Assembly: GCA_964252075.1 (NCBI GenBank)
Contig: CAXULY010000014.1
Coordinates: 50,683-114,682, forward strand
Source of the DNA: an uncultured Deinococcaceae bacterium
GTDB taxonomy: Bacteria > Deinococcota > Deinococci > Deinococcales > Deinococcaceae
Reading direction: 5' to 3'
Length of the DNA stretch: 64,000 nucleotides
Shown piece after piece: positions 1-10,178 of the stretch; positions within the stretch are counted from its first letter, which is position 1, and every line of letters begins with the position of its first letter. Below the pieces are notes generated by a model, which saw only the letters and a program-made list of their open reading frames with translations, ran no database searches and was not told the DNA's origin. Both the position numbers and the translations under genes were made by a program.

Positions 1-137
1 GTGCACTTGGTTCCGCGCCCTCAACGCCGGCGTGACTGACTGGGTGGCCCAGACACCTACGGGAGCTGAAGGCGCGAGGGGCAGGACCGCACTCACCGCT
101 GGTCACGGTCCAGCCCGTGCGGGGCGGGAGCGTCCGT

Positions 138-1541
138 TCAGTGGGTCGCGGCGGCGCGCGGTGCGCGCGCGGGGTCGGGAAGCAGCAGGGACAGCACGAC
201 GGCCAGCGCGCTGAAGGCCGTGGTCCACCAGAAGGCGTGGTGGAAGGCCGCGGCGCCCGCCGTGGCGGCCCGGGCGGCACCCTGCAGGATGACGGCGAGC
301 ACCGCGGTGCCGAAGGCGCCCCCGACCTGGGTGGCGATGCGCGTGACCATGCTGGCGTCCGGCACGTCCGTCCGCGCGAGGCCCGTGAAGGCGAGCGCCA
401 TGATGGGAATGGTGACGGCGCCCAGGCCGAACCCGCGGGTGACGAGCGCGGCCATCAGGACGAGGGGGTGGGTGTGGGCGTCGGCGAACGCGAAGGGCAG
501 CGTGCCCAGCGTGACGATCGCGAAGCCCGCGGCCGTCACCCAGCGCGGGCCGATCTGGTCCGTGAGGCGGCCGGCGGCGGTGCGGCTGAGCAGCGTGCCG
601 ATGCCCTGCGGAATCAGCAGCAGGCCGGCGCCGAGCGCGTCGGTCCCGCGGACCTCCTGCACGTACAGTGGCAGCAGCAGCATCGCGCCGTAGAGGGACA
701 CCCCGGACAGGAAGAGCAGCAGCGACGATGAGCCCAGCGGCCCGTGGGTGAGGAGGCGCACGTTGATGAGGGCGCGCGGGCCGCGCCGCCACGCCCACAG
801 GGTGAACGCGGCGAGCAGCGCCACGCCGAGTGTGAGGGGCAGGAGGACGTCACCGCGCGTGAAGCCGCCGACCTTGGCGACGTTGGTCAGGGCGTACAGC
901 AGCCCGACGAGGGCGGGGGCGATCAGCGCGAGGCCCACGCCGTCGAGGGGCGCGGAGGGCGCGGGGGCGTCCCTGGGGAGCAGCCATGCGGCCAGGATGA
1001 GGCCGAGGAGGCAGAAGGGGACGTTCACCCAGAACAGCCAGGGCCAGGTGAGGTGCTGCAGGATGAAGCCGCCGATGACCGGGCCGAGGATGGGGCCGAG
1101 GACGACGGGGAGGCTGATGGTGGACATCAGGCGCCCGAGGGCCTGCCCGTTGGCGGCCTGCATGATCAGGGTGGTCATGAGGGGCAGCATCAGGCCGCCG
1201 CCGAGGCCCTGAACCACGCGAAACAGGATGAGGCTGGGGGCGTTCCAGGCGAGGCTACACAGGATGGAGCCGAGCAGGAAGATGGTGAGGGCGATCATCC
1301 AGAGCGCCTTGCTGCCGACGCGCCGCTGGGCCCAGCCGACCAGGGGAATGGCAACGCCGAGGGCGAGCAGGTAGGCGGTGCTGACCCACTGGATGAGGTC
1401 CACGCGCACGTGGAGGGCGTGCGTGAGGGTGCGCAGGGCGACGCTGACGATGGTGGTGTCGAAGACCACCGCGAGGGCGCCGACGATGACGGCCCAGGCG
1501 ACGCGGTGGACGCTTGAGGCATGCTGTGGGGGCTGGGTCAT
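138..1541 (-). CDS. DHA2 (EmrB/QacA-like) MFS efflux transporter
   Basis: About 14 hydrophobic segments; motifs DTTIVSVAL, WVSTAYLLA, FRVVQGLGGG, GPILGPVIGG, WLFWVNVP; start placed at MTQPPQ. Confidence 0.92.
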   Translation of the reverse strand: MTQPPQHASSVHRVAWAVIVGALAVVFDTTIVSVALRTLTHALHVRVDLIQWVSTAYLLALGVAIPLVGWAQRRVGSKALWMIALTIFLLGSILCSLAWNAPSLILFRVVQGLGGGLMLPLMTTLIMQAANGQALGRLMSTISLPVVLGPILGPVIGGFILQHLTWPWLFWVNVPFCLLGLILAAWLLPRDAPAPSAPLDGVGLALIAPALVGLLYALTNVAKVGGFTRGDVLLPLTLGVALLAAFTLWAWRRGPRALINVRLLTHGPLGSSSLLLFLSGVSLYGAMLLLPLYVQEVRGTDALGAGLLLIPQGIGTLLSRTAAGRLTDQIGPRWVTAAGFAIVTLGTLPFAFADAHTHPLVLMAALVTRGFGLGAVTIPIMALAFTGLARTDVPDASMVTRIATQVGGAFGTAVLAVILQGAARAATAGAAAFHHAFWWTTAFSALAVVLSLLLPDPARAPRAAATH

Positions 1542-1553
1542 TCCAATCTCCTT

Positions 1554-1570
1554 AGATACACTGTGTATCT
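1554..1570. promoter_or_regulatory. Probable TetR operator (perfect palindrome AGATACAC-T-GTGTATCT)
   Basis: 8+1+8 inverted repeat in the 64-bp gap between divergent MFS and TetR genes. Confidence 0.8.
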
Positions 1571-1605
1571 TAAATGGAGTGTACGGCCCGAGAACAGGAA
1601 ACACA

Positions 1606-2202
1606 ATGCCCCTGAACGACACCACGGAACCCCAACGGCGGCGGCGCGGCGCAGCCCTGGAACAGGCCCTTCTGAACGCCGCCTGGACTGAAGTCACGGA
1701 GCGCGGCTACGACGCCTTCTCCATCGAGGGCGTCGCCGAGCGCGCCGGCACCAGCCGCGCCGTGCTGTACCGCCGCTGGCCCACCAAACCCCAACTCGTT
1801 CGCGCCGCCATCGCGCACGCCCTGAACCAGGGGCAGCACGAAGCGCCCGACACCGGCACCGTCCGGGGCGACCTGATTGAGGTGCTGCGCCGCGCGAACG
1901 CCACCCGCGCGCCCCTCGCCGTCCTGCTCACCGTTCAGCTCGCCCCCTACTACCTCGAAACCTCAACCAGCCTCGCGGACCTGCGCGAATTCCTCCTCGA
2001 AGGCCGCACGGCGCAGCTGGACGTCATCCTCCAGCGGGCCACCAGGCGCGGCGAACTCGACCCCGACAAACTGACGCCGCGGCTGCGCAACCTGCCCTTC
2101 GACCTGTTCCGGCACGAGCTCCTCATGACGCTCAAGCCCGTCCCCGAGCCGGTGATCACCGAGATTGTGGACAGCGTGTTCCTGCCCCTCGTGCGCTCCT
2201 AG
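1606..2202 (+). CDS. TetR/AcrR family transcriptional regulator
   Basis: N-terminal HTH (GYDAFSIEGVAERAGTSRAVLYRRWPTK), PDTGTVRGDL motif; divergent from MFS. Confidence 0.93.
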   Translation: MPLNDTTEPQRRRRGAALEQALLNAAWTEVTERGYDAFSIEGVAERAGTSRAVLYRRWPTKPQLVRAAIAHALNQGQHEAPDTGTVRGDLIEVLRRANATRAPLAVLLTVQLAPYYLETSTSLADLREFLLEGRTAQLDVILQRATRRGELDPDKLTPRLRNLPFDLFRHELLMTLKPVPEPVITEIVDSVFLPLVRS

Positions 2203-2384
2203 CCCACGCGAGGGGCCGAGCCTGACCGCACAGCACCGCGCCACCAGACGGTCCGTCCGCGGTGAAACGTGCGCTCATGGATAACGCCCGTGCTTCAGGG
2301 AAGGACCAGCGAGGGCACGGGTCGTCTGCGGGCTGCGCATGAACGCTGATCGGAGTGAAACGCAGCCGGGCGTTGCCGTTGGCC

Positions 2385-5379
2385 TCAGAGGGCGCTCCAG
2401 TGAGCCTCCGGCAGGCCATGCTGTGCCCGCAGGGCCCGCGCGGCTTCCCGCTGCACCGCACCGGCCGCGCCGAGCTGCACGGCCCACAGGTCATGCAGGC
2501 GCACCTGCCACGCCACGTTCGGGGTGCGTTCCAGCTGCTGTTGCGCGCGCTCAAGCAGGGGCGGCACCTCCGCGCTTGCTTGCAGGGCCAGCAGGATGGC
2601 CGCTTCCTCCAGCGTCCGCAGGGCCTCCAGGTGATCTGGAAGGGGCGGCCCCTCACGCGTGCGTCTCAGCTCGCCGAGCGCCTCCTGTGGGCGCCCCTCG
2701 AGCCGCAGCGTCTTGGCGTGCAGCACCGGGAAGGCCGCGAGGAGCGCGCTGTGCTCCGGGCGGTGGTCACGCCGCGCCTGCGCGCACAGCGCCCGCGCGC
2801 GCGGATACTCCCCGGTCATCTGGGCGACCATGACCTGCACGAACAGCAGGGCGATGCGCTCGCCGTGGTTGGCGTCCAGGTGGCGGAGGTGCGCCTCGCC
2901 GCGCGCCGCCGCGTCGCGCGCCGCCTCGCCCTCCCTGAGTTCGCACCGCACGCGGGCCAGCTTGGCGAGCCTCGACCCGGCGCGCAGCACGTCGTGCCGG
3001 CGGATGTGCAGGCCCTCGGCCCGCTCCAGGTGCGGCGCCGCCTCCCGTGGCGCGGTGGCGCTCAGCGCGAGGCCGAGACCCTCGTGCGCCTTCGCCTGCC
3101 ACTCCAGTGACCCCGCGCGCTCCCCGAGAGCCGCGAGGCGCCGCAGGTGCGCCAGGGCCTCATCGTGTTGCCCGCGCAGGAAGGCGATAAGCGCCTGCCC
3201 CTCGGTCAGCTGCGCGTCCACGAGTTGCGCCTCGCGGGTGTCCCCGGCGGCGCGCAGGGCGCTCAGGCCCGCCGCGACGACCGGCTCGATGCGCGCGGCG
3301 TCCATGGACCCTTCCAGCTGCCGGTACGTCTGCATGAACGCCGTGGCGCGCTCGAGCGGCGTGACGGCCCGCTCGTGCAGGTCCCGCACCGCCGCCGCGT
3401 GCCGGGCGTCATCCATGTTCGCGAGGACTTCCGCGCGCAGCGCGAGGGCGTCGAACGCGCCGCGCGGATCGGTGGCCGCACGCAGGTCGGCGGCCTGCGC
3501 GAAGAAGGCCTGCGCTTCCTCCAGGCGTGCGGTCTGCCACGCGGCGTGCCCGGCCCTCACCAGCCACGGCGCGGCCTGATCGCCCTGACCGCCCGCCAGC
3601 CAGTGCTCCGCGACGCGCGCGGCCGCCGCACCCGGCGCGGCTTCCAGCGCGCGGGCCGCCGCGCGGTGCAGCAGCCGCCGCACGCCCGCTGGCGTCTCCT
3701 GGCGCAGCGTCTCGGCGAGCAGGTCGTGACTGAAGCGCTCGCCGACCATGACCTGCGCGTCCTCCAGTTCCTCCCACGCGGCCGCAACGTCCAGCAGCGG
3801 GGCGCGCAGCACCTCGGCCACCCGCTCCACGTCGAAGTCACTGCGCAGCACCGCCGCCGCCCGCGCGGCGTGCAGCGCGGGGGTGGACAGCGCGCGCAGG
3901 CGCCGCGCGATGATGCCCGACACGCGCTCCGGTACGGGCAGGGGGCCCGACCGGCCGACGTTCCCCTCCTCCAGCAGGTGCTTGATGGTTTCCAGCACGA
4001 ACAGGGGGTTGCCGCCCGTGAAGCGCGCGAAGTCCGCACCGCGCTCCGCGAGTCCCGGCAGGTCGAGGCTCGCGACGAGGCCGTGCACGTCCGCGTCCTC
4101 CAGCGGCGCCAGCTCAATCCAGGCGGCCTGCCCGGCCGCCACGAAACGCTCGAACACCGCGCGCGTGGGGGCGTCGAGCTCCTGGGCGCGGAACGTGCCC
4201 ACGCAGTGCGGCAGGCCCCCCGGCTGACCGAGCGGGAAGGCGCCCGCCAGCATCGCCATGGTGGCGGCGTCCACCTCGTGGAGGTCCTCGAAGACGGTCA
4301 CCACCGCCCCCTGCAGGCGCACCGCGGCGCCCGACACCACGTGAATCGCCTCGATCAGGCGCGGGTCGGGGCGACCGCTGACGTCCGCGCGGGTCTGCGG
4401 CATGAGCGGCGCGAGGGCGGGCAGCACCCACTCCGGCACGTGCTCCTCGATGGGTATGGCGTCCAGCACGCGGTGCAGCATGCGCGCGGTGGTGGAAAAG
4501 GGCGACGTGCGATCCTCGGGGCGGCCTTCCAGCTAAAACGCCGGGCCTTTGCTCATCACGAAGTCCTGCATCAGGCGGGACTTTCCGGCGCCCGCTGGGC
4601 CAACGAGCAGGATGCACTGACCGTTCGCCCACGCCGCCTCCATCTTCGCCCACACGTCCGCGCGGCCCACCAGGACGGGCGGCCGCAGGACGGCCAGCGG
4701 GATGCGCCGGGCGGGCGCTGGCGGTGCGTCCACCGCGCCCCGGTCGATCAGCTGCGCGAGGTCGCGCGTCTCGGGCAGTGGCGCGACGCCCAGAACACGC
4801 TCCAGCAGGTTGCGGCAGCGGTGGTACGCCCGCAGGGCTGCCGGTCGGTCGCCCATCAGGTACAGAAGGCGCATCAGGCGGCGGTGCGCGCCCTCGGACA
4901 GCGGGTCCAGGTGCACGAGGTCGCGCGTCAGGCGAAGGGCGCGCGGCGCGCGCGAGGTCCAGGCGCTCGCACTACGCCAGCAGCCACTCCACGAGGTCCG
5001 GCTGGTCGTCGAGCGCCACCCCGTCCAGCAGCGTGCCCAGCGGCACGGCGTCCGGCGGTGCGCCGGGTGCGTCCGCGCCCCACGGGGTCAGGTCCGAGGT
5101 GAATGCCGGGCCGACGGCGACCGCCTCCCCGGTCTGCAGGAGGTCCGGGTGGTGCCCCTTGCCGATGCGGCGCAGCAGGTGCACGAGGTTGTTCCGGGCG
5201 GCTTCCTCGGGCGTCTCGGGCCACAGCAGGCCTGCGAGGCGGGAACGGGCGGTCGGTCCCTGCAGTGCCAGGTACGTGAGGAGGGCGAGGGTGCGCGCCT
5301 CGCAGCGCACCGCCTGCCCCGCTGGATTCAGGAGGCGCGGTGTGCCGAAGGCCACCAGACGCCAGGCGCCGACACTCAC
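2385..5379 (-). pseudogene. Disrupted SARP/BTAD-AAA ATPase transcriptional activator
   Basis: Colinear with the intact paralog at 57425-60763 (wHTH, BTAD, GPAGAGKS, FEDLH, TGGNP, FSHDLL); in-frame TAG at 4972-4974 and 4533-4535, plus a deletion/frameshift near 4940. Confidence 0.85.
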
Positions 5380-5439
5380 GATGCCTGAGGATACCAAGTG
5401 CCGCCGCCCAGCGGTACGCCCTTTCCGGGCGGCGGGCAC

Positions 5440-5475
5440 CCATCATCCCGCCATCATGCGCCGCCGCCTACGCTC
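5440..5475 (+). promoter_or_regulatory. Promoter with 11-bp-spaced direct repeat (CCATCAT x2) and -10 TACGCT
   Basis: CCATCAT-N6-ATCA-N12-TACGCTC; same geometry as the motifs at 49450, 54269 and 56451. Confidence 0.6.
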
Positions 5476-5521
5476 CGGGGCATGATGGGCCGCGAACCCG
5501 GCGCCCTTAAGCAGGAACGAC

Positions 5522-6280
5522 ATGAAGCACCCGAACATCCTGGCCCTGACCCTGCTCGTCATCGCCCAGAGCGCCTGTGGCAGCGCCGGCACCACGACCG
5601 CCGTCACACCCCCGCCGCCCGGTCAGGCACACACGCCAGGCACGCCCGGACTGCCGCAGCCCTACGTCATGACCGGCACTGTCATGACGGAAGCGGGCGC
5701 TCCATTGGCGGGCGTGGAGGTCTTCGCGGACCACACCGCTTATTACAACATGAACGCCGTCGGCATCACCGACGCGCAGGGCCGCTACCGCATCGCGCTC
5801 GCCCGGCAGCCCGGCACCTGGAGCGCCGGCGCGTACCTCAAGGTGCCGCTGGACGGCGAGACCTTCGACGTGCGCCTCCGCCCGCAGGAGGACATGCCCT
5901 TCGACGGCGCGCAGGGCGCGGTGCGGCACTTCACGTACACCGCCAGCGACGCCCCGACCGACAAGGTGTACACCTACGCCGCGCACACCGACGTTGAACT
6001 CGATGACGGCTCCCTGCAACTGACCTTCACGCCGGAAGGCCCAAACGTGCTGGGCAGCACCGCCCCCTTCACGCGCCGCTTCGTCGTCGGTTCAGGCATG
6101 CCGGACGTACCGCTCGGCCGCTACCACGTGCGCGTCACGCACGTCCTGAACGGCGCCCAGCAGTCACTGCTGCTGGGCACGCGGGACCAGCCGGGATCCG
6201 CCGCGTAGGTCTCCGCCACGTTCCACAACGACAGCCATTACGGCCCCACCCTGGAGCTGTTCCTCAGCAACCCGGAGTGA
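5522..6280 (+). pseudogene. Lipoprotein with carboxypeptidase-regulatory-like domain, interrupted by TAG at 6206-6208
   Basis: Lipobox-like QSAC; GTVMTEAGAPLAGVEVFAD..TDAQGRYRI shared with the 53422 and 55656 proteins; frame continues past the TAG (VSATFHNDSHYGPTLELFLSNPE) to TGA at 6278-6280. Confidence 0.7.
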
Positions 6281-7828
6281 GGCGTACGCGGGCGTCATGC
6301 TCACCGCAGGTCATACCACCATCCGCTCATCATGCGGGCCTCACCACGCTGCGGGATTGGCCCGGAGTGCCGCATCTCTAGCCCTCCTCGTGACGCCCGT
6401 CCCGGTTGTTTCCCCACGAGTGGCCCTTAGCGACCAAGTCATCCTGGGTCTCACCGCGCAGGTGCGCGCACAACTGCTGACGCTCCGCGCGGATTCCTGC
6501 AGGCCCACCATGTGGGACGTCCAGGCGCCCAGAGTGACGCCCGCCGGGCTGAACATCGACGCCGCCAACGCCGCGTTGGAACGGACGCTCATAGCCTTGA
6601 AGGGCGGCGACCCAGCCCGCGCCTGGTCTAAAGCGCTCACTCACCGCGCTGCGTCAGCAGTGAACCCACGGCGCCCGGAACCCGCCGCCGCTAATGGGCC
6701 GCGCAGCGGGCGCCCCGACGTTCGAGTCGTTCATCCGGACGGCGGAGCAGCTGGTGGGCCTCCCTGGCCTCAGGGCGACCGGCTGGACACGTTCACGTGC
6801 TCACGTCCGCGAGCCTCGACTGCAGCCGCAACGCGACACGCTTTACGGGAATGAGGGCCGATCTGAAAATTCCAAAGGCATGCCAGTGACTGGCCGCCTT
6901 GGCGCCAAGGAGGGCATCCACATTACGTTCGGCCGGGACGGCGTGCAGGACGCCGGGATGTGCGTGGAACTCATGGCCTCGTTCGGAGCTGCGCTGGACA
7001 CCTCCACTGATGGATGGGAAGGCAAAATCCATGATAAGCACGCCACCCAGCGCGGCTGCATGCCGCCTTACACCTAGACATATCCATCTGTCAGCCTCAT
7101 TATGTGGGTCACGCACATAAGTGCGATTGCAAACCATCTCCTTAAGGACGCGCTTCGCTCAAGAAGTCTCCTCAGAAAGAGCAAATCAGGCGGTGGAGCT
7201 CGGGCCAGCTGACCAGATTGCGGACACCGGTCATCGCGCAGGGCCGCTAAGGACCGACGCGCTAAAGCGCTTCGTGCATTGGTGATCCCATCACCTAATG
7301 ATATGTCTCCCCTCGCCGCTTTCTCGGCCTGCTCAGAGGTCGAAGCAATCGGCACACACTGCTCGGCTTGAGCACAGAAAGCCACGGTTCCATCTCCCCT
7401 ACCGGCTCGTGACCTTTCACTGCGTGCATGGTTATAACCCGGGTTGATATATCAAATGCAATTGTTTCGCTAACTTTCACCGGGGATGAGTCCTTGGTGT
7501 CCCGCACGCTTACATATGTGATATCACTGTGTGCTTTTCCTTTCACTTCTCTCTCTAATCTTCTCATGCATTACAGTAGGTGACCTAGCAGGGCGCTCGG
7601 TAAGTTGAGATCTAAGCGGTGTGTTTTGAGAAGCGAAGCGCCGGAACGGTCAGGTGTTTCTAATCGTTCTGTGCACTTAAGACGCTCCACATACGGATGG
7701 ATCCCGGTGGCGTGCTCTGAGTGCAACTGGTTAGGGGTGACGACCATTAGTCTGCGGGCAGACAGACATATGTACAGTGGAATGCTTGCAGGTCGGCGCT
7801 TTGTCTCTGCTTGGCGCACCGTTTCGCC

Positions 7829-8367
7829 GTCTGAACGTGTGGACGTCTGTATGTTCAGATCGGGCAGACAACCAGCCGTACGGGCGTCCAGACGCTTGGA
7901 CATCCCCATGCCTGTCGTCGCTAATGACCTCACCACACCAGTCCTATTGCAGGTTTAAACGTGTGTGCGTTTGCACGTCTGAACGTCCAAATGCACTTGA
8001 CCAGAGAAGCCATGTGAATCGTATATTATGGACGTCCATATGTTCAGATATCTAGACGGACAGACGTGCATACTTTTGGGTGTCTGTCCGTCCGAACATG
8101 TAGACGTCCATAGTCATACCATACTGAGAGGCATGGAAAGCAGCCTTTCCGTTCAGCTTCTGCACTCACAATCTCAATCACTTGATCAAGCCGCTAACGA
8201 GGAAGTTGCGTGCAGTGGTTTACTTGTATGGCAGGTCCCTTCTACATATTTATTCTATCGCTAAACATCGTGTGCGTATCCTTGGACGTCCAGACGTGCA
8301 CCCGTTTGAGTGTCTGAGTAACCAGACATGTACACGCTTGAGCGTCTGGACCTATGGACGTACAATT
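7829..8367. repeat. Degenerate 8-bp-period tandem array (consensus about GTCYRGAC), candidate partition centromere
   Basis: Phased octamer blocks at 7829-7917, 7953-7992, 8034-8113 and 8280-8367, directly upstream of parA. Confidence 0.75.
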
Positions 8368-8372
8368 CATTC

Positions 8373-8981
8373 GTGATCATCAGTGTGACGAGCTTCAAGG
8401 GCGGAGTCGGAAAGACCACCACCGCGGTCCACCTCGCAGCATCGTTTCAACGCCGCGCCCCCACCCTGCTGGTGGACGGAGACCTCAACCGCAGTAGTAG
8501 TCTGTGGGCGGCCAAAGAACTTCTGCCCTTCAAAGTGATTCCCGAACGGCAACTCGCCCGGTACGCCGGCGATTACGCCCACATCATCATCGACACCGGC
8601 GCCCGGCCAAACGAACAGGAACTGGCGGACATCGCGGGCGGATGTGACCTCATGGTCATTCCCAGCAACCCGGAGACACTCAGCATTGACGCCCTCCTCC
8701 AGACGACCGAGGCGCTCCAGCGTCTTCAGGCCAGATACTGCGTCCTGCTCACGATGGTGCCCGCCGCGCCCATCAAAGACGGGGTAGAGGCGCGCGACGC
8801 GCTGAAAGAAATGGGTATTCCCGTCCTGCGTTCCGTCATTCGAGACAGCCGAGCCTTCGTTCACGCCACCGCCGCAGGTGCCCTTGTCAGCAACATGACG
8901 AAGATCAAATCCGGCAAACTGGCATGGATGGACTACGAGCGGGCCGCCAACGAGATCCTCCAGTACCCGGAGCAGGCATGA
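8373..8981 (+). CDS. parA: Type Ib ParA partition ATPase
   Basis: Deviant Walker A KGGVGKTT, LLVDGD, IIIDT; about 202 aa without N-terminal HTH; GTG start 6 nt after TACAAT. Confidence 0.93.
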   Translation: MIISVTSFKGGVGKTTTAVHLAASFQRRAPTLLVDGDLNRSSSLWAAKELLPFKVIPERQLARYAGDYAHIIIDTGARPNEQELADIAGGCDLMVIPSNPETLSIDALLQTTEALQRLQARYCVLLTMVPAAPIKDGVEARDALKEMGIPVLRSVIRDSRAFVHATAAGALVSNMTKIKSGKLAWMDYERAANEILQYPEQA

Positions 8982-9319
8982 CATCCAAATTCTCAGACCT
9001 TAGATCCCTGCGTGCGGTGCGTGACCAGCAGGCCGAACCCGATCATGAAGCCGCGCCCGCCGCTCCTCCCGCACCGACGCCTGCCGCGCCGCTTGAGACT
9101 CCAGAAGGCGGCAATGCGCGGCGCCCAGGAAAGCGGCGCGACGCAGCCTTCACGAAGGCCACCGTGTACCTGAACCGCAAAGCGTACCTTGAGGCGAAAT
9201 CCCGCATGATGCTCGCGGGGCGCAAAGGGGAAGTCAGCGACCTGCTTTCTGAGCTGCTCATTGGGTACCTGGACGGTCGTTTCGCCGTCGATTTGCCGGA
9301 GCTTCCCTTAGAGGAATAG
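8978..9319 (+). CDS. Small ParG/RHH-like centromere-binding protein (putative)
   Basis: ATGA overlap with the parA stop; Pro/Ala-rich N-terminal half, C-terminal beta-helix-helix pattern (KATVYL..AYLEAK..VSDLLSELL). Confidence 0.75.
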   Translation: MTSKFSDLRSLRAVRDQQAEPDHEAAPAAPPAPTPAAPLETPEGGNARRPGKRRDAAFTKATVYLNRKAYLEAKSRMMLAGRKGEVSDLLSELLIGYLDGRFAVDLPELPLEE

Positions 9320-9914
9320 GAACGCACCTTTCGACAACCAGTCCATTCCACCGCACGGTTGCCTGGCCAAGCGAATGGTCGTGGACTGCCGGATGAGTTG
9401 CCTTATCGCTTCCACAGTAGTGAGACTATCAGCACACGAGATGGAGCGCTGCATGGCATGAATCGGCCGCTACGACGCCGAAACAGCCATCTTACGAGAC
9501 CTTCGCCACCCAACCGTGCCGTCCGGCAGTCCTAAACGCAGCTGGTGGAACCGCGCCGAAGGTACGCGGCGACACCCAATTACCTGTGCTCTCAAGGCAG
9601 CAGCACTGGCGTTGGGCGCGGCACACCCTCCGACCTACCTTCTGGCAGACACGATACTCAAAGGTAGGGTCCGCTCACCTGTTGCTTCCTTCCACACTTG
9701 ACGTTCTGGTGTTGGTGCCAAGAGGGGAGGAAAGGGGAGACCATTCTCCGACCCAAGTTGGGGGAGGAAGTGACACCACCTGAGCGTGACGACAAAATCG
9801 GCCCCAGCCCAAATATCCAATCAGGTGACCTGATGTGACATCAGTCCTATCTAGCCGATCGCTGTCAGATCGCTGAGAGATCAGGCGGCCGGGCAGTTCA
9901 GCTCTGGCAACCAG

Positions 9915-9931
9915 AATCGCTCAGGTGTGTC
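9915..9931 (+). repeat. Isolated perfect iteron copy AATCGCTCAGGTGTGTC downstream of repA
   Basis: Identical to the iteron consensus at 11656, 11711 and 12146. Confidence 0.8.
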
Positions 9932-10178
9932 TCTAACTCCGCGTTTTAGGTCTAGGCATGTGCGCTGGTGCGGGCAGACCCTAGTCGTCAGCCAAGGACA
10001 CTCAACCCGCGCAGGTCAGTCTGAACACGCCACGAATCGGGGCTAAGCCCACGCCGAACAGTTGCGCCACCAGTTCGATCGCCAACACACTCCATCTACT
10101 TCATTTGCCCAGCATGGGCGTTTGCCCACAGCACCAGCTCCACACTCCCCCCAGGTGAATCTGGTGGCGCGTCTGCCG

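Noticed and set aside
4533..4974. Stop-codon reassignment (TAG read as Trp)
   Set aside because: TAG ends normal genes here (e.g. 2200-2202, 9317-9319), and the same gene also carries a frameshift
6297..7077. Two overlapping ORFs (185 and 127 aa)
   Set aside because: No recognisable motif or clear translation signals; possibly a decayed gene but cannot be supported
7100..7120. Deinococcus radiation/desiccation response motif (RDRM)
   Set aside because: TTATG..CATAA half-sites are separated by 11 nt instead of the 7 nt of the 17-bp RDRM
7571..8376. Short ORFs spanning the octamer array
   Set aside because: Translations reflect the repeat periodicity, with no coding bias
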